NCBI GenBank assembly: GCA_963667665.2
Contig: OY763927.2
Coordinates: forward strand, 64,001 to 128,000
Origin: Nitrosopumilus sp.
GTDB taxonomy: Archaea > Thermoproteota > Nitrososphaeria > Nitrososphaerales > Nitrosopumilaceae
Direction of reading: 5' to 3'
Length of the DNA: 64,000 nucleotides
A program made the position numbers and the translations under genes. Positions 7,884 through 17,081 of the stretch are shown here, in pieces. Every line of letters starts with the position of its first letter. Positions within the stretch are counted from its first letter, which is position 1. Under the pieces are notes generated by a model. The model was given only the letters and a program-made list of their open reading frames with translations. It had not been told where the DNA came from and searched no databases.

Positions 7884-10487
7884 TTGTATAGTATTGTGAA
7901 AAATTATGTTTTATTTACTTTATTTATGACATTCCTACTTTCTCTTGTTTCTTTTGTATCTGTATCTTACGCACAGTCAAATTCAAATCTCTACGTTTCA
8001 GCAGAAAATACATTATTTCAAAATTATTTTGCAGGTCCTATGGTAATTGAAGTGATAGTTGATGATTCTGATATTTCAAATTTAACTGGTTCTGTCCAAG
8101 AACCGATTGTGACAGTTGGAGACAAAAAACTGACCATGGTTCAATCTGATGACGGAAAATGGTATGGCTATTTTGCAGATAAAACTCAAGCGCAAAAAGC
8201 TGATTCATTGGTAGGGCTTCCAGGATATGGTCTAGATTTTGGTGAAATGTGTAGTAATAATTCTTCTATAACTGGATTGAGTTTATTGGAAACTTCTGGA
8301 TTTGCAATTCCAAGAGATATTTCTTCTAGCTCTAATGGTCAAGAAACATTTGTTACGTGTACAGGAGATGTCTCATCCTCTGATCAATTAATCAACAATG
8401 TTGTACGAGAAGCACCTACACTTAATACACAATCAAATTCCACCGGGCAGATAGGCATTGATGAAGACGTTTGGCCGTTAATACAACTGTTTGATATTCC
8501 TTCTGGCAATGATGTAACTGTAAAATATGAAAGATACAATGGTGCTCAATCAGTGGTATTGACATTTGATGAAGTTGATCAATTTGTTACAATGACATTA
8601 GATAAGATACTTTATCGTCCAGGAGAAAATATCAAGATAGATATTTCAGATGTCATGTTAAACATAGATCCTACTGATGAGGATTCTTGGACGTGGGCTT
8701 CAATATCTGGTTCAAGTGGATTCTATTATCAATTATTTAATGAAGATGGGGACAAAGAAGCAGATGGAACAGCAGGTGCCATTAACATTCAAGATGGACA
8801 AAATTTAACAACTATGATGTTTGATGATAATGGTAGTTTATTTTTAAACCCAAATTCTCAAAGTGCTTCTAATGTTGTAGTTGTTTTACAAGATAATGAT
8901 TATACTATTTTAGAGGATGTATACCCTTCAAATACAATAATAGAGTTAGGGACAGATACAATATCTCACGCTTATTACGCAATAACATTTACTGAGATAA
9001 CCTCTAATTCTGGGTCTTTTGTAAATTATGACAAAAACGGTACTGCAAATTTAATAATTAATCCAGAAACAGAATCTGGAAGATCTGCTGTAATTGAATA
9101 CAATAAAAAATCCTACTCTATCATAGCAACAATTGGTTCACCACCCATTGCACTAGATTACTCTGAGCATGTGAATAAAGACACATCTGTATCACTTACA
9201 GTAATTAATGATAATACCGATTTGGATGGTGATATACTGTATGTCACAATTTCTAATGTATCTGGTCTTGATGGATTTACCACAGTCAACAGCGATAACA
9301 CAATAACATTTACTCCTGATTCTGGATTTCTTGGTACAACATCATTTGAATATACAATTGATGATATTTTTGATGGACAGGATACTGGAACTATGACAAT
9401 AATTGTCGATTCTGCAGCAATCTTGGCATCTATTAATCAAATTACAGTGTATAGTGATAAATCCACTTATGATGTAGGTGATACAATAGATGCAAATTGG
9501 ATTATTCCTGATGGTTCTTCAGGAACAGATACAACGATTAGAGTTATCACACCAATTGGAACTACTGCAACAAGTGATGTTTTCTCTAATAGTACAGAGT
9601 ATTTGGTAAATTCCACTGATAATTTTGTTGAAGGTACATATACAATTAGAATTGAGCATGGACAATATTATGGTGAAAAATCCGTACTGTTCGTATCATC
9701 TGGAGAAACGACAACTACTGATACCATTACAGATACAACTACTGAAATTGTACAAAGTTCTTGTATTGATAACTCTGAAATTTCAATTCATTTAGATGAT
9801 ATATCATATACTAAAGGCGAAAAAGTATCTGTTTCAACTGAACTTTGTGATGTCATTTCTAATGAATATATTATTACACAAATTTTAGATCCTTTTAATG
9901 CTCAATTAACTATAGATCAATTTTTACCTGAAAATACTGATTTTGATAAACAATATTCTACTGATGGTGGATTGTGGAAATTAGATGGAAAATATACTAT
10001 TAGAAGCACATATTTGGGTAATTCAGTGGAATCTACTTTTGATTTTATTGCGACCGTTGAAGAAATTCCGATTACTGACTTGACAGAAACTATTGCATCA
10101 TTTGTAGATACCGATAATGATCCTCAATATTATATTGACAGATACAATAATGAAGAGTCATACAAAGAATGGTTTGATACTAACTATCCTGAATATGATT
10201 CAATTTATCAGGCTGTAGGATTAGATGAATCTGATGTTCCATCTTTATCCACAAATACCATTGAATCATCATCAATACTTGAATCTAAAGAACCAACATG
10301 TGGTACTGGAACTGAATTAGTAAATGGATTATGTCAAGCAATTAAAACAGATAAAGAACCAACATGTGGTACTGGAACTGAATTAGTAAATGGATTGTGT
10401 CAAGCGATTAAAACAGATGAAAACCTGTCACAAGAAAACTCATTTTTTGAAAATGTTTTTGGATTTTTCAAATCTTTATTTAATTAA
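7884..10487 (+). CDS. large secreted surface protein with thaumarchaeal S-layer (SlaA-like) N-terminal domains, Ig-like (Big/cadherin) domain and Cys repeats
   Basis: Signal peptide; NLYVSAEN..YFAGPMVIEV..MVQSDDGKWYGYFAD resembles the Nitrosopumilus S-layer protein N-terminus; DLDGD..ITFTPDSGFLGTTSFEYTI Ig-like repeat. Confidence 0.75.
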   Translation: MYSIVKNYVLFTLFMTFLLSLVSFVSVSYAQSNSNLYVSAENTLFQNYFAGPMVIEVIVDDSDISNLTGSVQEPIVTVGDKKLTMVQSDDGKWYGYFADKTQAQKADSLVGLPGYGLDFGEMCSNNSSITGLSLLETSGFAIPRDISSSSNGQETFVTCTGDVSSSDQLINNVVREAPTLNTQSNSTGQIGIDEDVWPLIQLFDIPSGNDVTVKYERYNGAQSVVLTFDEVDQFVTMTLDKILYRPGENIKIDISDVMLNIDPTDEDSWTWASISGSSGFYYQLFNEDGDKEADGTAGAINIQDGQNLTTMMFDDNGSLFLNPNSQSASNVVVVLQDNDYTILEDVYPSNTIIELGTDTISHAYYAITFTEITSNSGSFVNYDKNGTANLIINPETESGRSAVIEYNKKSYSIIATIGSPPIALDYSEHVNKDTSVSLTVINDNTDLDGDILYVTISNVSGLDGFTTVNSDNTITFTPDSGFLGTTSFEYTIDDIFDGQDTGTMTIIVDSAAILASINQITVYSDKSTYDVGDTIDANWIIPDGSSGTDTTIRVITPIGTTATSDVFSNSTEYLVNSTDNFVEGTYTIRIEHGQYYGEKSVLFVSSGETTTTDTITDTTTEIVQSSCIDNSEISIHLDDISYTKGEKVSVSTELCDVISNEYIITQILDPFNAQLTIDQFLPENTDFDKQYSTDGGLWKLDGKYTIRSTYLGNSVESTFDFIATVEEIPITDLTETIASFVDTDNDPQYYIDRYNNEESYKEWFDTNYPEYDSIYQAVGLDESDVPSLSTNTIESSSILESKEPTCGTGTELVNGLCQAIKTDKEPTCGTGTELVNGLCQAIKTDENLSQENSFFENVFGFFKSLFN
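10287..10418 (+). repeat. 2 x 66-bp tandem repeat encoding KEPTCGTGTELVNGLCQAIKTD
   Basis: Direct inspection; only two synonymous differences between copies. Confidence 0.92.
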
Positions 10488-10534
10488 CAATTATTTTCCA
10501 CATTCTCGGATTTGGAATTAAATAGAATTTGTAA

Positions 10535-10649
10535 TGCCGGGGGCGGGTTTTGAACCCGCGACCTCCAGATTATGAGTATTGCCTTAGTTGGAGAACCGTT
10601 AGAGTTTACCAAGCGAACTGGCACTCTAACCAGGCTGAGCTACCCCGGC
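10535..10649 (-). tRNA. tRNA-Met(CAT), elongator type, with 40-nt intron at non-canonical position 30/31 (intron 10578-10617)
   Basis: Reverse complement GCCGGGGTAGCTCAGCCTGGTTAGAGTGCCAG[intron]ACTCATAATCTGGAGGTCGCGGGTTCAAAACCCGCCCCCGGCA; BHB motif GAG-TGCC-[AG|T] paired with GGCA-[AT|A]-CTC; no CCA. Confidence 0.92.
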
Positions 10650-10696
10650 ATGTATATGCCTGAAAAATTTGGGAAATTAAATGATTCTAAAATATT

Positions 10697-12349
10697 TTAC
10701 TTTAGATTCTTCCACTCTACATTTTCATTTTTGACCCAGAGGAATTTCTTTTGTAATGCAGCTGTGTACAGTTTTTCCCATTCTGCTCCTACCTCATCAG
10801 TCCATGCCTTTACAACACGAGGGTCAATGTAGTTTCTTAGAGATGTTCCAAGATTGTAATCTCTAGTCTTTTCAGATAAATCAATTTGGAATTTTAATTT
10901 CTCTACTCTATCTTTGTGTTTTATTTTCTGTTTTTTGATTTGCTCATTTAATGTCTTGATTCTTTTTACTTTACTCTTCTTTTGAGTATTAGTTTTTGGC
11001 TCAGATGATTCTAACTTTTTGAGGGTTTTTTGAGTTTTCTTTGAGGGTTGGTCTTTTTCAGCATTTCTGAGTGTTTCTCTTTTCTTTTCTAATGATTCCT
11101 CAAATGTTTTAAGAATAGTTCTTTTGTGATTGCACATTTTTGCTGCCTCCAAGTTTGCCATTTTTGCGTGGTATAGTTTCTCATTTGCAGTCTTTGCTTT
11201 GATATCATCATGTTCTACAAGATAGTTTTTGACTACAGATGTTGCCAAGTATGTTCTAAACACTTTGGCAGTTAACCCACTTACAATACTAGAATAGTAC
11301 GCATTGACATGCCTTGATGTAATTTTATCAAAAATCTCATCTTTAGGTTTTTTCTTTTCAACTAATTTTTTGAGATTTTCTTGAAACTGTTTGTCGTGAC
11401 CTTGAGCTACTATAGTTTCCTGCCATCGTACACTATCTTTTCCTAGAAAATCAAATTCAATTGTATCTGCAGTAATTTTGATGTGCTCTTTTCTTAGAGT
11501 TGTAGCACCTACAGTATCTGCTTCTTCTGGGTCTTTTTCATCACCTACCCTCATTGAAGTACGATAAATCAAATAACATGCAGTAGAAATTTTACTTGTT
11601 TTTGGATTCTTCATGTCTTTAACAATTCTAGTTTTTATCTTATCAATTTCATTTGCAAGCTTTACTGCTTTTTCATATTTTGCCTTGTCTCTGTCTTGCT
11701 TTAATCCCGAAGAATCAGCAAGCCACACATACTTTCTTTTCTGTGTAAGAAAATCCATCCAGCTAGCTAGCCACATTGAATCATGTTCATGTACAATTTT
11801 ACCCCATTTTCCTTCAGGTACTTTGGCATCTTTTCCCATATTCAGAGTAACATGTTTTGCAGAAACACGTGGCTTCCATCTTCCTCGAAGCGGATGTTCT
11901 CCTCTTCCAATGAAAATTCCAGGTGGTTCTGCCTTATAGTTACCAACTTCAACGTCGACAACTTTATCGTCCTTTAAAGACATTTTAGCAATTCCATATT
12001 TTGTTTTTAATTTTTCTTGTTTTTTTCTTTTTGCAGCAGTTGCTTTCTCCTTCTTTTTTGGATCTTTTTCATTGTCAACTATTTTGTAAGCATTTGAAAA
12101 ATCAATATCATCATATGATATTTTTTTAAATTTAGAATTCAGAGTTTTGGCAAAATCTACAGTAAAGTTTTTTTGAAAAACCTTATCTTGAGCATAGGGT
12201 GTGTCTTTCTTTTTTGCCCATTGGTAAATCATCTCTTCTTGTTCTAAGTTAAGATCTACAGATTTCCCTTTGATCTTTATCTTGATTCCTTGAGCCTCAT
12301 ATGCAGAAGGAAATAAGATTCCATTATGTTGTAGCGTTTTCCATTTCAT
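10697..12349 (-). CDS. DNA topoisomerase IB (thaumarchaeal, eukaryote-like)
   Basis: KWKTLQHNG, EPPGIFIGRGEHP, RVGDEK, FDFLGKDS, KVFRTY, CNH, SLRNYIDPR catalytic Tyr. Confidence 0.95.
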   Translation of the reverse strand: MKWKTLQHNGILFPSAYEAQGIKIKIKGKSVDLNLEQEEMIYQWAKKKDTPYAQDKVFQKNFTVDFAKTLNSKFKKISYDDIDFSNAYKIVDNEKDPKKKEKATAAKRKKQEKLKTKYGIAKMSLKDDKVVDVEVGNYKAEPPGIFIGRGEHPLRGRWKPRVSAKHVTLNMGKDAKVPEGKWGKIVHEHDSMWLASWMDFLTQKRKYVWLADSSGLKQDRDKAKYEKAVKLANEIDKIKTRIVKDMKNPKTSKISTACYLIYRTSMRVGDEKDPEEADTVGATTLRKEHIKITADTIEFDFLGKDSVRWQETIVAQGHDKQFQENLKKLVEKKKPKDEIFDKITSRHVNAYYSSIVSGLTAKVFRTYLATSVVKNYLVEHDDIKAKTANEKLYHAKMANLEAAKMCNHKRTILKTFEESLEKKRETLRNAEKDQPSKKTQKTLKKLESSEPKTNTQKKSKVKRIKTLNEQIKKQKIKHKDRVEKLKFQIDLSEKTRDYNLGTSLRNYIDPRVVKAWTDEVGAEWEKLYTAALQKKFLWVKNENVEWKNLK

Positions 12350-12427
12350 TTTCTTTCATCATAAAATTGCGGACTTTGACAAAAACTGCACTTTATGTGT
12401 ATATCAATTTAACGACCAACTGAGGCA

Positions 12428-13258
12428 TTAACTAGAAAATAGCTCTTTACTCATGTATTTCTCAAATTCTAGGTCTGTTTTTGACTTTTTTGCCTCCAAA
12501 AACATGGCAGCATCAGTACCTACGATATATCGTGGCAAAATCTCATCATCATGAATTGCCTTGATTATTACATCTGCAACTTGAGATGGCGCAGTTCCCA
12601 TTTCTACCATCATTTTAAGACCTGCAAGCATGTTATCAGTTAATGTTTTGTATTTAGGATCAATTTTTGATTCTGGAATTTTCATTGAATTAAAAAAGTT
12701 TGTCTTGATTACTCCGGGTTCAATTAATGTAGTTTTTACTCCAAACTGACCAAGCTCATATCTAAGACATTCACTTAATCCCTCCAATGCAAATTTTGTA
12801 CTGATATAAGCTGTAGAACCTGGCAGTCCCATTCTACCAACCACTGAACTAATGTTTACAATAATTCCAGAATTTTGTTTTCTCATAATTGGTGCAACCT
12901 CTTTAATGATTCTTACAATGCTAAAGAAATTAGTTTCAAATTGTTTTCTAAAATCATCAATTGATACATCTTCTGTGCATCCAAATTGTCCGTATCCTGC
13001 ATTATTCACTAAAACATCTAAACTGCCACCATTTGTAGATACTTTCTTTATTGCAGCAACAATTGACTCTTCTTTGTCCACATCTAATTCTATTACATCT
13101 ATTGACAGATTTTCTTTTTTTGCTGCATACTCTAATTCTCCTGCCTTTCCAGTATCTCGCATACTAGCAAAAGTATGATAACCGTCTCTTGCAAGTGCTA
13201 GTGCAGTTTCTAATCCAATCCCTGACGAACTACCAGTAACAAGAGCTACTTTTTTCAT
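12428..13258 (-). CDS. short-chain dehydrogenase/reductase
   Basis: TGSSSGIG, NNAG, YISTK motifs. Confidence 0.9.
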   Translation of the reverse strand: MKKVALVTGSSSGIGLETALALARDGYHTFASMRDTGKAGELEYAAKKENLSIDVIELDVDKEESIVAAIKKVSTNGGSLDVLVNNAGYGQFGCTEDVSIDDFRKQFETNFFSIVRIIKEVAPIMRKQNSGIIVNISSVVGRMGLPGSTAYISTKFALEGLSECLRYELGQFGVKTTLIEPGVIKTNFFNSMKIPESKIDPKYKTLTDNMLAGLKMMVEMGTAPSQVADVIIKAIHDDEILPRYIVGTDAAMFLEAKKSKTDLEFEKYMSKELFSS

Positions 13259-13300
13259 ATTTGTGCTAGATTTTTGCTATATTTATCCCATTTTAATTTA

Positions 13301-15811
13301 TTACACTAAAGGTCTATCTCCTTCAGTAGGATCTACTAATTCTGTTTTCTCACCATTACTAATTCTCTCTAGAATCTCTAATGCAGAATATTTGTGCAAG
13401 TATTCGTTATTATTTCCACATCTATATGAAAAAGTGCATCTAGGACATCCAGATTCGTTTTCACATGGACACTCTTTTACAATATGCATACTTCGCTCCA
13501 GGGCTTTCTCAAATCTATCATACAGTGCTTTACTGGCGCCACTTCCTCCTATTGCCCCATCATAGATGAAAATCAAGCCTGAAGTGCCTAAAGATATGCC
13601 TCCCAAGTCTTGAGACACTCCTCCTGTGATCATATTACTTCCCTCTATTACAACATGTTCTGTTGCATGATATCCACTAGCTTCTGCATATTCTTCATCT
13701 TCTGAATCTTTCATTACTTTGAGCGGTCTTGGTGCATGAAATACAATTCCCTTGGTAACAAAATCATACTCTAGTGGAGAATCTAATAGTACTTTTTCTC
13801 CTTGGGTAATTTCTTGTCCTAGTTCAATGTTGACATAACCATAAACTTTCTTCTCTATGTGTAATTTACAAAATGCTACTTCTATACCATTTGCTATTCT
13901 TTTCTCAAAAACAGTTTCAATTGTTGGCCACTCTTCTGTAAGTGATTTTGTATAATATGGATAGTCTCTTGGAATTCTTTCTAGTTTAGCATAATTTTTT
14001 TTAGGATAATCAAATTCTTTTACTTTGTAACGTATACCTGCCAAAAAATAGATTGCATCTTTGTGTAATTCTTCTAATGCAATCGGTAATACCCTATCTC
14101 CTACTTTTCTTTCATTTAGAAAAATATCAATAGACTTTCCAATTCCTCTAATGCTGTAATCATTTAACAATGAATTAATTTTTTCAAAATTTGGAATAAT
14201 TCTGTTATTAACTTCTAAAAGATTTTCTTTGATTATGTGCTGCTCTATTACTTCTTGATGTTCTTTTAGCTCATGTTTTGAAATTGGTCTATCACATGCC
14301 ATTGCTAAGACTTGAAATTCTTCTACAAACGGATTCTTGGGATCGATGTATATTTTTTCAGTATCCTCAAAATAATCATCAGGATGATTCTTGTAGTATT
14401 GAGAGATAGGATCATTTCCTAATGCCAAAAATGCATATCCTCTTTGTCCCTTTCTAGCTGCTCTTCCAATTCTTTGAATTAGTCTGTTTACTGGGATGGT
14501 AGATGATATTACGCAATCAACATTGCCTACATCTATGCCTAATTCAAGCGTAGGAGTGCATGAAATTGCTTGTAAACTATCTTCTTTGAATTGTTTTTCA
14601 ACTGCAGTTCTGTAGTTTGCCATTAAACCAGCTCTGTGAACTTTGATGTTGACTTTTTGTTTTTTTGCTTGTATTGCTAATAGCTCAGAGTTTAGATGCG
14701 AATTATTAAACACCATAGTCTTGTGATTTTTTTCAGTCAATCTCTTAGTTAGATCAACCATCAGTGCTCTTTGGGTTCTAAGTGATGGAAACAACATTAC
14801 AAACTCTATCTGACCCTTTTTTCCAGAACCATGAATGATTTGCATTTTTTCTCCAAACAATTGTTGACAGAATTCTTTTGCATCATCAAGTGTAGCTGAT
14901 GCTGCAACAAATTGTAGTTTGTTAGTACAGATTCTCTTGAGTCGTTTTATAATATAGTGAACATTTGATCCAAAAATTCCCGAATACACATGTGCTTCAT
15001 CTACTACAAGAATTCTTGTTGAAGACAATAATGATGAAAACTTTGTTTGATGCCAAAGATGATAGTGTAAAATATCAAAATTTGTAACTAGAATTTGTGG
15101 TGGACTATCAATAATTTCTCTTCTCTCTTCTAGTTTTGTATCTCCATCAAAAATCTTGACATTAATTCCAATCTTTTCTGCAAATTTTTGAATTTTTGGA
15201 TATTGATCTCGTGATAATGCTTTTGTAGGATATACAAAAATTGCAAAGACATTTCCATCACTTGCATCTTTTGCTATTCTTTGAATCACTGGAATTAAAA
15301 ATGCCTCAGTTTTTCCTGATGCAGTAGGTGCTTCAATCACAACATTTTCTCCAAAGGTAATTTCTTGAATTGCTTCTTCCTGAAATTTGTAAAATTGTTC
15401 AATCTTTAGTTTCTTGAGATGTTCTGAAATAGATTCATCTAGTCCAAAGTCTTCAATTTTACCGCCCATTTTAGGCTCAGGATTCTTCAAAACCTTGTAT
15501 TCTGAGATATAGTCTTTTTTTGAAAATAGAATTTCTTCTGTAATTTTATCTGGCTTGTTTTTACCAATCATTTGTTTTATTTCGATTTCGTCTCTGATTA
15601 TTCCCTCATCTTTTAGATTCTCTGATAGCCCTTTCTCTGTGACTAAACCTTGATCAAATCTTGAAAGAAATTCAAGAAATACTTCATCAATATTTTTTGA
15701 AAATTCTAATAAATCTTCAATACCACATTTTCCACAAGATACATGCATTTTTTTGTTGAATGTTTTTTGAATCTCTATTTTTGACTTACATTTGGGACAC
15801 GAAAATTTCAA
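13301..15811 (-). CDS. Hrq1/SftH/MrfA-like DEAH helicase with DUF1998 and N-terminal Zn ribbon
   Basis: APTASGKT, VDEAH, ASAT, TLELGIDVG, QRIGRAAR; C-terminal CPC..GCPRC. Confidence 0.9.
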   Translation of the reverse strand: MKFSCPKCKSKIEIQKTFNKKMHVSCGKCGIEDLLEFSKNIDEVFLEFLSRFDQGLVTEKGLSENLKDEGIIRDEIEIKQMIGKNKPDKITEEILFSKKDYISEYKVLKNPEPKMGGKIEDFGLDESISEHLKKLKIEQFYKFQEEAIQEITFGENVVIEAPTASGKTEAFLIPVIQRIAKDASDGNVFAIFVYPTKALSRDQYPKIQKFAEKIGINVKIFDGDTKLEERREIIDSPPQILVTNFDILHYHLWHQTKFSSLLSSTRILVVDEAHVYSGIFGSNVHYIIKRLKRICTNKLQFVAASATLDDAKEFCQQLFGEKMQIIHGSGKKGQIEFVMLFPSLRTQRALMVDLTKRLTEKNHKTMVFNNSHLNSELLAIQAKKQKVNIKVHRAGLMANYRTAVEKQFKEDSLQAISCTPTLELGIDVGNVDCVISSTIPVNRLIQRIGRAARKGQRGYAFLALGNDPISQYYKNHPDDYFEDTEKIYIDPKNPFVEEFQVLAMACDRPISKHELKEHQEVIEQHIIKENLLEVNNRIIPNFEKINSLLNDYSIRGIGKSIDIFLNERKVGDRVLPIALEELHKDAIYFLAGIRYKVKEFDYPKKNYAKLERIPRDYPYYTKSLTEEWPTIETVFEKRIANGIEVAFCKLHIEKKVYGYVNIELGQEITQGEKVLLDSPLEYDFVTKGIVFHAPRPLKVMKDSEDEEYAEASGYHATEHVVIEGSNMITGGVSQDLGGISLGTSGLIFIYDGAIGGSGASKALYDRFEKALERSMHIVKECPCENESGCPRCTFSYRCGNNNEYLHKYSALEILERISNGEKTELVDPTEGDRPLV

Positions 15812-15905
15812 GATCTATTTGATAAGAAATGATTAGTGATTTATTGTTTAATCACTATATTGACCCATGACATTATTAAGCGAGTAAATAATCTTGAATT
15901 TAAAA

Positions 15906-16682
15906 ATGAAAAAAATCGAAATCAACAAAATTTATAATTTAAATTGTATTGAAGGAATGAATTTAATTCCTAAAAACAAAATTGATCTTGTAATCACTGA
16001 TCCTCCTTTTGCCATAAACTTTAAAGCAAAAAAAGCAAATTATAATAGAATTTCATCTAATGTATTATCAGGATATAACGAAATCAAACCAGAGGATTAC
16101 TATGATTTTACATTTACATGGATGAGTGAAGTTTTTAGAATTCTAAAGGACTCTGGTAGCATGTATGTTTTTTCCGGCTGGAATAACCTCAAAGATATTT
16201 TACAAGCACTAGATGATGTTGGATTTGTTACCATTAACCACATTATCTGGAAATATCAGTTTGGTGTAGTTACTAAAAAGAAATTTGTCACTTCTCACTA
16301 TCATTGTCTTTATGTTTGCAAAGATAACAAGAAAAGAAAATTTTTCCCATTTTCTAGGTTTAAAAAAGACGATAAAACAAAAGATGGACGAAGTCTTCAT
16401 TACAAAGACAAAGAAGATGTGTGGAATATCAAAAGAGAGTACTGGACTGGAGACGAAAAAACTCCCACTAAACTTCCTTCTGAATTAATTCAAAAATTAT
16501 TGGAATATTCTAGTGAAAAGAAAGATGTTGTATTTGATCCATTTCTTGGTTCAGGACAAGTAGCAGTTGTCAGCAAATCTCTTGATAGACGATTTCTTGG
16601 ATTTGAAATTGTTCCTGATTATTACAAATTTGCCAAAAAACGACTTGATAAAAATTTGTATAGAATCAAGAAATCAAAATAA
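15906..16682 (+). CDS. site-specific DNA methyltransferase (N4-C/N6-A, beta class), orphan
   Basis: TDPPF (motif IV) before DPFLGSG (motif I). Confidence 0.9.
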   Translation: MKKIEINKIYNLNCIEGMNLIPKNKIDLVITDPPFAINFKAKKANYNRISSNVLSGYNEIKPEDYYDFTFTWMSEVFRILKDSGSMYVFSGWNNLKDILQALDDVGFVTINHIIWKYQFGVVTKKKFVTSHYHCLYVCKDNKKRKFFPFSRFKKDDKTKDGRSLHYKDKEDVWNIKREYWTGDEKTPTKLPSELIQKLLEYSSEKKDVVFDPFLGSGQVAVVSKSLDRRFLGFEIVPDYYKFAKKRLDKNLYRIKKSK

Positions 16683-16686
16683 ACTA

Positions 16687-17025
16687 TTAATTATTTTCTG
16701 GCTCATCTTTTTTCTGACCCATCTTCTCTGAAATCATTTTTCTTAATTCGTCGTCTGTTTTTTCCACATTTACTCCCATTGATTTGGCCATGGTTTCTAA
16801 CTTTTCTCGTTCTGTTCCTACTGGTCCAGTAATTTTTGGTGATTGTTCTTCTCCTATCTTCATCTGGTCTTGAATTTCGTTTTTTGCTTTGTTGTATTCA
16901 TTAACAGCTTTTCCAAGTTTTTTTGCAGCGCCAGGAAGCTTCCCTGTTCCTAAAATCAAAACTATTGCGACAAAAATAATGATCATCCATTCGCTTCCAG
17001 CTATGTTCAACGAGAAATCAAGCAT
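16687..17025 (-). CDS. tatA: twin-arginine translocase TatA/E subunit
   Basis: GSEWMIII...LILGTGKLPGAAKKLGKAVNEYNKA pattern; ATG at 17025. Confidence 0.8.
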   Translation of the reverse strand: MLDFSLNIAGSEWMIIIFVAIVLILGTGKLPGAAKKLGKAVNEYNKAKNEIQDQMKIGEEQSPKITGPVGTEREKLETMAKSMGVNVEKTDDELRKMISEKMGQKKDEPENN

Positions 17026-17081
17026 ACCATGGAACACTCTCATTTGAAATTAAAGGTAATGTTCAAGTTTTATGCCTATGA

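Noticed and set aside
10572-10832. 86-aa + strand ORF
   Set aside because: Overlaps tRNA-Met and the topoisomerase IB 3' end on the opposite strand
10697-12349. Eukaryote-like topoisomerase IB as horizontal transfer or novelty
   Set aside because: Established lineage marker of Thaumarchaeota
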